Assembly: GCA_024274915.1 (NCBI GenBank)
Contig: JAJSAC010000061.1
Coordinates: forward strand, 1 to 18,539
Reading direction: 5' to 3'
Length of the DNA: 18,539 nucleotides
DNA from: Thermodesulfobacteriota bacterium
GTDB lineage: Bacteria > Thermosulfidibacterota > Thermosulfidibacteria > Thermosulfidibacterales > B14-G1
Part shown: in pieces, positions 8,067-16,795 of the stretch
Numbering within the stretch: position 1 is the stretch's first letter
Layout: each line of letters starts with the position of its first letter
The notes under the pieces: model-generated
The model's input: only the letters and a program-made list of their open reading frames with translations
Told to the model about the DNA's origin: nothing
The model's database searches: none
Position numbers and translations under genes: made by a program

Positions 8067-9014
8067 TCACACCTCCTTTACCACCGCCTCCGCCAGGAGA
8101 CGCTGAAAGTCATCTGCCCTGAGAAGCTCAGTACCAGGGGTCATGGCCGTAGCAGAACCTGCAGCCAACCCCCACCTGAAGGCCTCTTCAAAGCCCTTGC
8201 CCTGAAGCAAGGCCAGGAGAAAAGCCGCCAAAAAGGAATCACCCGCCCCCACTGCACTCACGGTCTTTACTTCGGGTGGAATGCCCAGATACACCTTCCC
8301 ACCAGCAACCAGGACAGCGTTCTTTTTGCCTCGGGTGACGGCCACCACCTCCACCCCCATGTCCACCACCTCTCTTGCAGCTTTTATGATCTCTTCGTCC
8401 CCGGCATTCCTCAACTCTCTCCCCACCAAGCGCTCCAGTTCGTAGGTGTTGGGCTTGATCATGTAGGGCCCAGCCTTCACCCCGTGTTTCAGGGCCTCGC
8501 CATCGGTGTCCAATACAGGCCTTATCCCCCTATCCCTGGCCTCTTCTATGAGATCCCTGTACACCGTTCGGGTGAGCCCTGGGGGAATGGACCCGGCAAA
8601 AACCATAAACTGGGCTGCGCAATACAATCCTCCCATCTTCCACAACCTCGTTCTAAGCCTATCCAGATCCTCCACCTTCACCCGGGGGCCATCAGCATTG
8701 ATCCTGGTCTGGGTACCCGTCTCAAGCTCACTGATGATGACGTTTATCCGGGTATCCCCTTCGATGGCTATAAAGGAAGTGAGAATCCCTTCCTCAGCCA
8801 AAAGGACGCTGAGGGCTCCTCCTTCATGCCCCCCTATAAACCCGTAAGCGATGGTGGCTCCACCCAAGGTGTTCACCACCCTGGAAACGTTGATCCCCTT
8901 CCCTCCCGGATCTTTACGCATACCCTTCATACGGATGACGTCATCCACCACCAGCTTATCCACCGATACCGTTAGGTCTAGAGAAGGATTGAGGGTAACT
9001 GTAGCTATCACCAT
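8067..9014 (-). CDS. PfkB-family carbohydrate kinase (1-phosphofructokinase / 6-phosphofructokinase-II / tagatose-6-P kinase group); start re-called to the second ATG
   Basis: N-terminal [10 protein letters not shown], PfkB signature 1 region GGKGINVS, signature 2 [11 protein letters not shown]. The second ATG (9014) has CACTGGAGGGGC as its Shine-Dalgarno; the first ATG has none. Confidence 0.8.
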   Translation of the reverse strand: MVIATVTLNPSLDLTVSVDKLVVDDVIRMKGMRKDPGGKGINVSRVVNTLGGATIAYGFIGGHEGGALSVLLAEEGILTSFIAIEGDTRINVIISELETGTQTRINADGPRVKVEDLDRLRTRLWKMGGLYCAAQFMVFAGSIPPGLTRTVYRDLIEEARDRGIRPVLDTDGEALKHGVKAGPYMIKPNTYELERLVGRELRNAGDEEIIKAAREVVDMGVEVVAVTRGKKNAVLVAGGKVYLGIPPEVKTVSAVGAGDSFLAAFLLALLQGKGFEEAFRWGLAAGSATAMTPGTELLRADDFQRLLAEAVVKEV

Positions 9015-9081
9015 GCCCCTCCAGTGCATTTTTTGAAAAACCTAAATGGGAATATAGAAAGCCGAGATAAGAGCATCAACC

Positions 9082-9750
9082 TCAAGCCAATAGAACAGCG
9101 ATGATTCCCGTGAGGAAGATACCGTCGAAGGTGCCTGCCCCCCCAATGGAAGCCACAGGTGCCCCTACTTCTCTGATCTTTTTGAGATTCATGATATCCG
9201 CCCCAATGAGTGTCCCCAGGGTTCCCGATACATAAGCCACAGGAGCAGACATATGGGGAGCCAACAGAAGGGCTACCAAAGCTGCCAAAATAGGGGGAAC
9301 GAAAAGGGGCACCACAATGCCCACACCCCTCACAGGCTTGGAGAGGCGATAGGTCACCAGGGAAACCACGGCCACCCCCAATAGGGGCTGCCACGCCAAG
9401 CCCATTCTGCTCCACAAATGGAGGGACAAAAGAACAGGAATGATGGCGCCGCCGAGATTCACCGCCAGCACCGTCTCCCTCCTCCTGGGCACCTTCACCC
9501 TATACGGCATCCCCCAGACCGAGAAGACCACCATATCCTCTTCTATGGGCTTACCCTCCAACCGAGCAATGGGAATATTGACAAAGCTCCCCGCGAGGGA
9601 GAGAAAAAGGAGGAAAAAGAGTTGCTGAGGAGGTATACCCAGCTTTTGAAAAGCAATGGTAAAGATACCCAGCTGAACCAGTATAAAGAGGAAGGTCAGG
9701 ACAAAGATGAAAAAGATGAAATAGACCAACATCAAAGGCAAAAAGAACAT
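9082..9750 (-). CDS. Polytopic integral membrane protein, DUF1614-like (function unknown)
   Basis: About 6 hydrophobic helices. The conserved-looking NLGGAIIPVLLS segment is recalled as DUF1614-like with moderate certainty. The ORF-track start is a TTG; the ATG at 9750 has GGAGGTGG 4-5 nt upstream. Confidence 0.6.
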   Translation of the reverse strand: MFFLPLMLVYFIFFIFVLTFLFILVQLGIFTIAFQKLGIPPQQLFFLLFLSLAGSFVNIPIARLEGKPIEEDMVVFSVWGMPYRVKVPRRRETVLAVNLGGAIIPVLLSLHLWSRMGLAWQPLLGVAVVSLVTYRLSKPVRGVGIVVPLFVPPILAALVALLLAPHMSAPVAYVSGTLGTLIGADIMNLKKIREVGAPVASIGGAGTFDGIFLTGIIAVLLA

Positions 9751-9821
9751 GACCACCTCCAATTGTCAAAGTAACCGAGCTTACCCCCTTTGTAAAGGAA
9801 TGGCTCCAAAGAACCCTCACC

Positions 9822-9856
9822 AGAAAAACGGAAGGCCCCTCTCTTTGAGAGGGGCC
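9822..9856 (-). terminator. Intrinsic terminator downstream of the cytochrome operon (minus strand): stem ggcccctctc/gagaggggcc, 3-4-nt loop, followed by TTCCGTTTTTCT
   Basis: 10-bp perfect GC-rich stem read from the sequence, with a T-rich tail on the minus strand immediately 3' of the hairpin, 23 nt after the cytochrome stop. Confidence 0.55.
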
Positions 9857-9878
9857 AAAAGCAAGGGGGAAGAGAGGG

Positions 9879-11930
9879 TCAAGAGGATGGACCTCCCTTC
9901 TTTTTCAGCAACTCCTCGATGGCGTCCAACTCTTTAGAAGCCTCATCGAAGAGGTCTTGGGCATAGCTGACATTATGGATAGGGGCCAAACCCCGAAGAA
10001 CCTTTTTGATCTTGAGGGCCTTGGAATAGTGGACCCTCACCTTGGCTTCGTCCTTGGGCCCGAGCCTTATCACCTCCAAGGTCCTTGTCACTTTCGCTAT
10101 CCTGGCCTTGATTTTATCAGACAGATCCCTGACCTGATCCTTCCACTCATCCAACGCCTCACCATAGCTCTCGTCACCGTCGTGGCAATCGATACAGGTC
10201 TGTCTCACCTCCCTGTAAGAGACCTTGACGGACTGGGTCACATCGTGGCAGTCGACACAACCCACATCCTCTTCCACCATAGGATTGGGTTCGCCCCTGG
10301 ACAGTCCTCTGATGGCACCATGGTAAAAGGCCTTCTCCAAAGAGTGGCACCTGACACACCGACGAGTGGCATCCTTCATCTGGTGGTGACACTTGAGGCA
10401 GTCCTCCCGTTCGAGAAGGGTTTCCCCATGCCTATCCACGGAGTGACACTTCATACAGGGGATCTTCTCCTTTTCGGAGTGAAGCTTATGGGGAAAGACG
10501 AGCTTCTGCTGGAAGTAGACATCCTCAGGCATACCCAGACGCCTGTGGCACATGGTGGCACAATAGCCATCGGGGGTTGCGATAATGGCTGGCCTAGCTG
10601 GAATATAAGACCCCTGGGCCTTGTCCACCTTGTCCAAATTGTCCACAGCGATTCTCAAGAGCTTGACAGCGTATTCCACATTGTGAACCCCATGCCCAGC
10701 AGCCACAAGTCTGTAATCGTAGGTAGCCTCACTCAACAACCGGGCGAGATCCCCTTTTAGCCTCCCCTTGGCCCGGGAAGACCTTCTGAGTCTCTGACCC
10801 ACGTACTTCTCCAAACGACCCAGGTACTTATCCCAGTCTCTAAGCAAGAGGTCATACCCCTCCTCATGGCAATGGACACAGGAGGCAGGCGACGAGACCC
10901 TGGTCACTTCACCCCTAAAGCCCTTGGGATTGGGAAGACCCCTAATATGACAACCGTCACAGGTGACCTGGGCAGCAAACATCCTGCTGGGCAAATCCCC
11001 CAAGCCCTTACCACCTACACCCATGTACAACGCCTTCTGGGCACTGTGGAAGCGAGTGTGACAGTCACTGCACTTCACGAGGAAAGTCTTGACCAGCCTG
11101 ACATCTCCATGCTTGATCTTGGTGTGACAAACAAAACAGTCAATACCTTGCTTGCTCACATGAATGTCATGGGTCACCTTGGGATCCCTGGGCTTCTTTC
11201 TCATAACATGACAGGTGTGACACTTTTCATGGGGAACAGAGCCATCGCCCTCCACTATCTCCACGTGACACTGATCACAGCTCACCCCCAACTTCAGATA
11301 CTCCTGGTGGCGGAACTTGAACCCGTGATACTGGATCACCTTGGTGGGTGGACCATGGCAGGAGGGGCAACCAGTCACCGACTGTCCCTTGCCAGCACCC
11401 ATGAAGTGACAGGTAAAACAGACCGTTTCTTCAACACTTATATGCATCCCCTGAACAATGTGGGAATGGCAACTGGAGCACCTCAACTTTACGCCTCTAA
11501 GGGGCCCACTGAGATGTTGACTATGATTAAAGACAGGCCTATCCTTGACCACCAATTTCTCCGTAAAAAGCTCCTCTTTACGGTGACAACCCGATTGGAG
11601 ACAGGTAGTAGTGGTCACGTTCGCCCTGGGATACATATCATAAACTCCCAGGTTATACTTGATCACTGTAAGGAACATTTTTAGAGGTATCCCAGGGTGA
11701 CATTTGTAGCACGAAACCGCGTTGTGGGTAGAAGTCTTCCAGTGCTTATAATATGGCTTCTCATAATGGCAGGACAGGCAGAACTCTGGATTCTTGGACC
11801 TAATGTACAGATAAAAATAAGAGACAATACTAAATATAATCAGCAGTCCTATAGCCAGCGTTAAGAAATCTTTTCTCCTACTCCGTCTCAGCCTCCTGCT
11901 ATTCCTCTCTCTCTCTCTCAAACCCTTCAC
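9879..11930 (-). CDS. Membrane-anchored multihaem c-type cytochrome (683 aa). It has 16 canonical CXXCH motifs plus one CX3CH and one CX4CH. An N-terminal NapC/NirT/NrfH-like signal-anchor module is fused to a long multihaem extension. GTG start overlaps the upstream b-cytochrome stop (GTGA).
   Basis: CXXCH motifs were counted directly: CLSCH, CYKCH, CSSCH, CFTCH, CPSCH, CDQCH, CHTCH, CFVCH, CSDCH, CDGCH, CVHCH, CMKCH, CLKCH, CVRCH, CVDCH and CIDCH. The two variants are CLQSGCH and CATMCH. The N-terminus is RRLRRSRRK followed by a hydrophobic helix, then CLSCH...[11 protein letters not shown], which is NapC/NrfH-like. Confidence 0.85.
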   Translation of the reverse strand: MKGLRERERNSRRLRRSRRKDFLTLAIGLLIIFSIVSYFYLYIRSKNPEFCLSCHYEKPYYKHWKTSTHNAVSCYKCHPGIPLKMFLTVIKYNLGVYDMYPRANVTTTTCLQSGCHRKEELFTEKLVVKDRPVFNHSQHLSGPLRGVKLRCSSCHSHIVQGMHISVEETVCFTCHFMGAGKGQSVTGCPSCHGPPTKVIQYHGFKFRHQEYLKLGVSCDQCHVEIVEGDGSVPHEKCHTCHVMRKKPRDPKVTHDIHVSKQGIDCFVCHTKIKHGDVRLVKTFLVKCSDCHTRFHSAQKALYMGVGGKGLGDLPSRMFAAQVTCDGCHIRGLPNPKGFRGEVTRVSSPASCVHCHEEGYDLLLRDWDKYLGRLEKYVGQRLRRSSRAKGRLKGDLARLLSEATYDYRLVAAGHGVHNVEYAVKLLRIAVDNLDKVDKAQGSYIPARPAIIATPDGYCATMCHRRLGMPEDVYFQQKLVFPHKLHSEKEKIPCMKCHSVDRHGETLLEREDCLKCHHQMKDATRRCVRCHSLEKAFYHGAIRGLSRGEPNPMVEEDVGCVDCHDVTQSVKVSYREVRQTCIDCHDGDESYGEALDEWKDQVRDLSDKIKARIAKVTRTLEVIRLGPKDEAKVRVHYSKALKIKKVLRGLAPIHNVSYAQDLFDEASKELDAIEELLKKKGGPSS
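11905..11919. repeat. Dinucleotide microsatellite (CT)7.5 on the plus strand, (GA)7.5 in the coding sense, inside codons 4-9 (RERERN) of the 16-haem cytochrome gene
   Basis: ctctctctctctctc read directly. A repeat of more than 7 units is unusual in an otherwise repeat-poor coding region. Confidence 0.9.
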
Positions 11931-12871
11931 TTCTCCATCCCCCCTTCCTTCTTCATCTCCTTTCTCAGAATCTCCACGTACTCCAGAGGATGTTCCTCAA
12001 CCAACTCGTCTTCCGATATTTTCCCCGTGAAGATAACAGGGTTCATAGGAAACTTGGAGGGATTTAGATGGGCATTGTAAAAATGCCAGCACACTATGGC
12101 CAATGTGGCCAGAAGGGCCTCGTCGCTGTGGGCCACATGGGCTATATCCGACACATACTTCGGGAGTATTCTTAAGAAGATATTAGGGAACCAGAGTATG
12201 AGACCGGAACATATCATGATCACACATCCCCAGTAGACAGCCCAGTAGTCAAACTTCTCCACGTAGCTGAAGCGATCGAACTTAGGTTTCTCCTTTGTCT
12301 TACCCAGATAGTATTTGATCATTTGAACCGCGTCCATGGCATCTTTGGGAGTGGGAATGAGCTTTTTAAAGTTGTAACGGCCCTCTTTTGTGAAGATGAT
12401 GTAAAATAAATGGAAGAGAGAAACAAAGATCAGGCCTGTAGCTCCCATCCTATGAAGGGTCCTGCTGGCCTCTATGCCTCCCAATAGAGCCAAAAGCTTG
12501 CCAGATATGCCCACATTGTGGAACTTCAGAGGCATACCGGTTATAATAAGAACAATAACACTGATGGCCATAATAGCGTGTTGGATGCGAACCGAGAGGC
12601 TGAACCTCTCAAAGTACCTTACTTCCCGCTTTTTCTCAGCTTTTATGAGCCTCCTGATCTCTTTCAGAACTACCGATTCCACCTCCCTTTCAATCTGAAC
12701 CAGCTTGTCTTCCACCACCACATCAAAGGCCACAAATGCGATATTTTCTATCTCTTCTAAAATCTTCTCCCTTTGCTCTTCATCCCAGGAAGCTATTTCG
12801 TCTTTGATAACCTCATAAACCCTCTCCTTCACCGACTCAGTCAGCTTCTCTCGAATCTCCTGGGCCGCCAT
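11927..12871 (-). CDS. Di-haem b-type membrane cytochrome, HyaC/FdnI/PhsC-like (Ni/Fe-hydrogenase b-type cytochrome family, PF01292-like), with an 85-aa charged N-terminal cytoplasmic extension
   Basis: Core [11 protein letters not shown]...(TM1), RTLHRMG..FHLFY (TM2), [29 protein letters not shown]. Four helices with conserved His pairs. It is a paralog of the 13917-14600 and 16792-17418 genes. The ATG at 12871 shares one nucleotide with the upstream cytochrome c stop (TAATG). Confidence 0.85.
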   Translation of the reverse strand: MAAQEIREKLTESVKERVYEVIKDEIASWDEEQREKILEEIENIAFVAFDVVVEDKLVQIEREVESVVLKEIRRLIKAEKKREVRYFERFSLSVRIQHAIMAISVIVLIITGMPLKFHNVGISGKLLALLGGIEASRTLHRMGATGLIFVSLFHLFYIIFTKEGRYNFKKLIPTPKDAMDAVQMIKYYLGKTKEKPKFDRFSYVEKFDYWAVYWGCVIMICSGLILWFPNIFLRILPKYVSDIAHVAHSDEALLATLAIVCWHFYNAHLNPSKFPMNPVIFTGKISEDELVEEHPLEYVEILRKEMKKEGGMEK

Positions 12872-13920
12872 TACCCCATGCCCTCCTTCTTCTCTTTGGT
12901 CTTTCTATAGAAATCCAAGAATATGTGGATAAAAATCACCCCCATGGTACCTGCGGTAAGAATGATAAAGAACTTGGCTACGTAATAGACAACCCCTGAA
13001 CTTTTGCTGTGCATATCCAAATGCATCTTCCCTTTGGCAAAGTTCTCGTTGGCCCCCGGATGACACTTGCCACAGGTTTTGGGAAGATTGGCCTTGTTCA
13101 CCGTGGACAAAGGATCGCTAGGAGCCCGGATGTTGTGAATCCCATGGCAACTAGAGCAGTTGGCAGCCCTCATCTCCCCAAATTCCAAGGCGATGCCGTG
13201 GAAACTCTCTTTATAGGTCTTGGCGGGGTCCAAAGAGACCTTAAACCGCCTCATCAGAGCCTGATCAGCATGGCACCTGGTACAGGTTTCAGGGACCTTC
13301 TGAGGGCTGACACTGGAGTAGGGCTTTCCTGGAGAGTACACGTCGTGCTTTCCGTGACAGTCTACACAGGCAGGGACAGCCATAACCCCCTTCTTCAGCA
13401 GTGCAACCCCGTGGACAGAGTTCTTATACTCCTGGTACGGCTTCCTGTGACACCTACCGCAGGTGGCAGGAACCTTCTTTTTGTTCACGGTGGAACGAGG
13501 GTTACTAGGCGAAAACACGCCGTGTCCCCCGTGACAATCCTGGCACCACGGCGCCCTAGGATCACCCGCCTTCACCTTTCCACCGTGAACACTGCCCCAA
13601 TATTTTTTATAAATAGAGTCAGGTTGGGGAATATTCTTTGGGGCTCCCTGGTAATGACATCGATCACAGTGAACCCTGCCTATCTTGAGCCCTTTATGGG
13701 GAATGACGGTGACATCAATGTGGCAGTCCTGACACTTGAGTCTCCTATGAACAGAGGCCCTCAAAAGTTTCCTGTCCACGTAGACCGAAACCTCGGCCCC
13801 AGAAGGAAGAACCTTTTTTAGCTCTGGCTTTTGGTGACAGATTATACATTTCCTTATAGCCCCTTCCCCAGAAAGGGGTACAAAAAAAAGAACGAGAAAG
13901 AAAACCAAAGCCCGCTTCAC
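12871..13920 (-). CDS. Nonahaem c-type cytochrome (about 349 aa) with a cleavable signal peptide, three tandem paired-CXXCH repeat units and a C-terminal transmembrane anchor; GTG start overlapping the upstream b-cytochrome stop (GTGA)
   Basis: Nine CXXCH motifs: CIICH, CQDCH, CDRCH, CQDCH, CGRCH, CVDCH, CTRCH, CSSCH and CGKCH. Signal peptide [21 protein letters not shown] after a GTG with GGAGGGGGAG Shine-Dalgarno. The ORF-track N-terminus (MVDRKDQ...) runs through the upstream gene and is rejected. The C-terminus [26 protein letters not shown] is followed by RKTKEKK. Three repeats of C.DCHG.H.V.SP..P.S.V....VP.TCG.CH fit the doubled-CXXCH domain (PF09699-like). Confidence 0.85.
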   Translation of the reverse strand: MKRALVFFLVLFFVPLSGEGAIRKCIICHQKPELKKVLPSGAEVSVYVDRKLLRASVHRRLKCQDCHIDVTVIPHKGLKIGRVHCDRCHYQGAPKNIPQPDSIYKKYWGSVHGGKVKAGDPRAPWCQDCHGGHGVFSPSNPRSTVNKKKVPATCGRCHRKPYQEYKNSVHGVALLKKGVMAVPACVDCHGKHDVYSPGKPYSSVSPQKVPETCTRCHADQALMRRFKVSLDPAKTYKESFHGIALEFGEMRAANCSSCHGIHNIRAPSDPLSTVNKANLPKTCGKCHPGANENFAKGKMHLDMHSKSSGVVYYVAKFFIILTAGTMGVIFIHIFLDFYRKTKEKKEGMG

Positions 13921-14600
13921 TTCTCCCCCTCCCCACCGAAGAGTTTCTCGTACTCTAGAGGATGCTCCTTTTCCAAACGCTCCACACTGATCTTTCCGGT
14001 CAACCATACGGGATCCATAGGGAAGTTCTCTCTGAGATGCATGTCATAAAGATGCCAAACCACAATCACCGTAAAGACAAGCAAGGCTTCATAACTGTGA
14101 AAGACATAAACAAAATCCAAAATCCCCTTGGAGAGAACCGCCACACTTTTGTTATGAAACCAAAGCATAATACCCGAGATCTCCATGCTCACCACCCCAC
14201 CCACCACCAACCAGTACTGGAACTTTTGGCGGTAGTTAAAGCGGCCAAAACGAGGCTTCTGCTGAGAGGCACCAAGGGTATAAGAAAGAGAAAGCTTAAA
14301 GTCCCTCCAGTCTTTCATGTTGGGTAGAAGCTCCAAAAACTGCTCGTGCCCTCTCCTGGTGAAGAGGACATAAAAAAAGTGGTACAAGGATACCACCAGA
14401 AGCAGCACCGCCCCTATCCTATGGATGGTCCCCCTCGCTTGGAAGCCACCCTCCAGCTCAATAAAAAACCGCCCCCAGGAAGTATCAGCGTACTTAAGGG
14501 CGAACCCAGAAACCAAAAGGAGCACCACGGCAATGAAAAGGATAAAGTGCTGGATCCTCTCGTTAAGGGTAAACCTCTCTACATAAAGCGGATCTGCCAT
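13917..14600 (-). CDS. Di-haem b-type membrane cytochrome, HyaC/FdnI/PhsC-like (paralog 2, 227 aa, no N-terminal extension)
   Basis: [12 protein letters not shown] (TM1), [63 protein letters not shown]. These are collinear with the 11927-12871 protein. GGAGG is 8 nt upstream of the ATG. Confidence 0.85.
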   Translation of the reverse strand: MADPLYVERFTLNERIQHFILFIAVVLLLVSGFALKYADTSWGRFFIELEGGFQARGTIHRIGAVLLLVVSLYHFFYVLFTRRGHEQFLELLPNMKDWRDFKLSLSYTLGASQQKPRFGRFNYRQKFQYWLVVGGVVSMEISGIMLWFHNKSVAVLSKGILDFVYVFHSYEALLVFTVIVVWHLYDMHLRENFPMDPVWLTGKISVERLEKEHPLEYEKLFGGEGEK

Positions 14601-14620
14601 CGCCTAACCTCCCCCTCTCT

Positions 14621-15412
14621 CTATTCGCCTTTGTCGGTCACCTTAGGGATCTCCTTCAGAAACGGCGTGAGTAGATCAAGGGGAATAGGGAAGATCAAGG
14701 TGGACGTGCTCTCAGAAGAGATCTCCATAAGGGTTTGGAGAAAACGGAGCTGAAGGGCCGCCGGGTGCTTGCCGATAATCTCGGCAGCCGATGCCAGGGT
14801 TTGGGCGGCCTGGTATTCTCCCTCGGCACTGATGATCTTGGCCCGCCTCTCCCTCTCAGCCTCAGCCTGACGGGCCATGGCCCTCTGCATTTCATGAGGC
14901 AGATCTATGTGCTTCAACTCCACCGTACTCACCTTAATCCCCCAAGGTTCCGTGTGCTCGTCCAGGATCCTCTGGAGCTCGGCATTGATGCGCTCCCTTT
15001 CCGAAAGGAGCTCGTCCAGTTCATGGTACCCCAGAACACTTCTCAAAGTGGTCTGGGCCAACTGAGAGGTGGCCGACATAAAGTCCTCCACCTCTATTAC
15101 GGCCTTGTCCGGGGCCACCACCCTAAAATAGACCACCGCATTGACCTTGATGGAGACGTTGTCCTTGGTGATGACGTCCTGGGGAGTCACATCCATAACT
15201 ACTGTTCTAAGGCTCACCTTGATCATACGATCTATCAGGGGGAGCAGGATGATAATACCCGGACCTTTAGTGGCCACGTACCTGCCCAGGCGAAAGATCA
15301 CCCCCCGCTCGTACTCCTTCAACACCCTGATGGTAGAGGAGAGGATGACAACCAAGATGACAAATATTATGAAGTAGGCGAATAAGTTCACAAAAGCTTT
15401 ATACAATACCAT
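14621..15412 (-). CDS. SPFH/band-7 (stomatin/slipin-like) membrane protein; start re-called to an ATG with a GGAGGT Shine-Dalgarno (the ORF-track start is a TTG)
   Basis: N-terminal transmembrane helix [14 protein letters not shown] followed by the SPFH core [18 protein letters not shown]...[27 protein letters not shown] and a C-terminal coiled coil rich in A/E/R ([24 protein letters not shown]). Confidence 0.85.
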   Translation of the reverse strand: MVLYKAFVNLFAYFIIFVILVVILSSTIRVLKEYERGVIFRLGRYVATKGPGIIILLPLIDRMIKVSLRTVVMDVTPQDVITKDNVSIKVNAVVYFRVVAPDKAVIEVEDFMSATSQLAQTTLRSVLGYHELDELLSERERINAELQRILDEHTEPWGIKVSTVELKHIDLPHEMQRAMARQAEAERERRAKIISAEGEYQAAQTLASAAEIIGKHPAALQLRFLQTLMEISSESTSTLIFPIPLDLLTPFLKEIPKVTDKGE

Positions 15413-15685
15413 TACCTTTACCTCCTGATCCGGTTTTTTATCCAATCCCCATTTTATTCAGCCGTTATATTTACAATGATAGATAAGTTTGCTATGTTTA
15501 CTCTTCTTTCTCTAAAAGCGGAGTACCAAGTCATCCACCTCAAACACTCAGTATAAAGACGTTAACGGACCATACCACCAGGGGAAATTGATGTCAACGG
15601 CGGCTACAGAGGCCCTTGACAGGGAAACGGAGACTATGTTACCGGCGGCACAAAGACGAACAAATCCCCACTGGAGGTTTTGCTG
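15413..15685. promoter_or_regulatory. Divergent intergenic region (273 nt) that should carry promoters for the SPFH-b-c-b-c operon (minus strand) and the c7-b pair (plus strand). AT-rich core at 15451-15515; TTGACA at 15616-15621; direct repeat GTYAACGG at 15561-15568 and 15592-15599; TTGATGTCAA at 15588-15597.
   Basis: Base composition and motifs read directly. No convincing -35/-10 pair with 17-nt spacing could be fixed by eye. Confidence 0.35.
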
Positions 15686-16795
15686 ATGAAGGGACAGAGA
15701 TGGAAATGGCTCTTCGTGGCTTTCATGTCCCTATCCTTTCTCCTCGTCCTCCCGCTCCACTTGCAAGCCATAGAAAACAGCGAATGTTTAGATTGCCACG
15801 GCGACCCCGACATGGTGAAAGAGTTACCCAGCGGAAAAACCATTTCCCTGTATGTGAATCCCAAGAAATTTGAAGCCTCTGTCCACGGCCAAAACGAGAT
15901 AGCCTGCACCGACTGCCACTCAGACATTACCGAACTGAACTACGACCAAGAGGTGCCCCACCCTGTCCCCGTAGCCTTCGTCAACTGTACTGATTGCCAT
16001 GATGAAGAAGGCACAGCCTACGAAGAGAGCGTCCACGCAGCAGCCAGGGTAAAAGGGGTTAAAGGAGCTCCCATCTGTTACAACTGCCACGACTTTCACT
16101 ACACCAAATACCTTTACGGCGACACCGTGGTGCAACTGGAAAACAAATTCTGCCTGAGATGCCACAACCCCAACAAGTACCACAAATGGCTGCCCCAAAA
16201 GAAAACCCACTTCGAGTATGTCATGTGTGCTGTATGCCACGCCCCAGACGTGGGAAGGCACATAAACCTGAGGCTTTATGACCTGATGTCAGAGAAGTTC
16301 CTCACCGGCGAGGAGATCGTCCAGAAGCTTGGGGTCACCTTTGATAATTTCATGGACAAGATGGACCTCAACAAAGACGGTGTACTGGATACAAAAGAAT
16401 TCCACCGGTTGGTAAGGGAGCTAAGAATAAACAAGGTGAGGGCCATCTTCTGGGGAGAAATGACAGACAACCTGAAACCCGAAGTCCACAAGGTTACCAA
16501 GGGAAGGGCTATCAAAAAGTGCGAAACCTGCCACTCTATCAAGTCCCCCTTTTTTGATAAGGTCTACCTCATCTTCACACATCCCACGGGAAAGGCCGAG
16601 CACTACCCCCTGAAGAGAAAGGTGCTCCAATCCTTCTACGTCACCCATTTCTACGCCATTGATGCCACCAGGGTAAAACTTCTAGACGTCATTGGTCTCC
16701 TCATAGTCCTGGGCGGAGTAGCCTTCGCCGGAGGCCACCTGACCCTCAGGATCCTTACCATACCCTTAAGGAGAAGAAGGAGGGAAGGGAGATGA
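15686..16795 (+). CDS. Heptahaem c-type cytochrome (370 aa) with signal peptide, an internal canonical EF-hand loop and a C-terminal transmembrane anchor; ATG start re-called (the ORF-track start at 15680 is TTG)
   Basis: Seven CXXCH motifs: CLDCH, CTDCH, CTDCH, CYNCH, CLRCH, CAVCH and CETCH. Signal peptide [33 protein letters not shown] is 7 nt upstream of the ATG. The C-terminus [26 protein letters not shown] is followed by RRRRREGR. The N-terminal module [34 protein letters not shown]....CTDCH is paralogous to the N-terminus of the nonahaem protein. Confidence 0.85.
   Translation: MKGQRWKWLFVAFMSLSFLLVLPLHLQAIENSECLDCHGDPDMVKELPSGKTISLYVNPKKFEASVHGQNEIACTDCHSDITELNYDQEVPHPVPVAFVNCTDCHDEEGTAYEESVHAAARVKGVKGAPICYNCHDFHYTKYLYGDTVVQLENKFCLRCHNPNKYHKWLPQKKTHFEYVMCAVCHAPDVGRHINLRLYDLMSEKFLTGEEIVQKLGVTFDNFMDKMDLNKDGVLDTKEFHRLVRELRINKVRAIFWGEMTDNLKPEVHKVTKGRAIKKCETCHSIKSPFFDKVYLIFTHPTGKAEHYPLKRKVLQSFYVTHFYAIDATRVKLLDVIGLLIVLGGVAFAGGHLTLRILTIPLRRRRREGR

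Noticed and set aside
9957-11684. Plus-strand ORFs of 267 aa and 272 aa opposite the 16-haem cytochrome gene
   Set aside because: They lie antisense to a gene with 16 perfectly spaced CXXCH motifs. They have no recognisable domains, are rich in His/Gly/Val from reverse-reading Cys/His codons, and have no Shine-Dalgarno.
13920-14007. ORF-track N-terminal extension of the nonahaem cytochrome ([14 protein letters not shown]...)
   Set aside because: The extension overlaps the last 29 codons of the upstream b-cytochrome in another frame. The internal GTG at 13920 has a GGAGG Shine-Dalgarno and is followed by a textbook signal peptide, so the shorter product is called.
13009-15385. Plus-strand ORFs of 270 aa, 121 aa, 135 aa and 216 aa opposite the nonahaem cytochrome, b-cytochrome and SPFH genes; also the 211- and 179-aa plus-strand ORFs inside the protease gene (17663-18332)
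   Set aside because: Same reasoning: antisense to well-supported genes, no motifs, no ribosome-binding sites.
15588-15597. TTGATGTCAA as an FNR/CRP binding site
   Set aside because: Only the 4-nt arms are complementary and the spacing (N2) does not match the FNR TTGAT-N4-ATCAA or CRP TGTGA-N6-TCACA consensus. It is kept only as a weak motif inside the intergenic-region finding.
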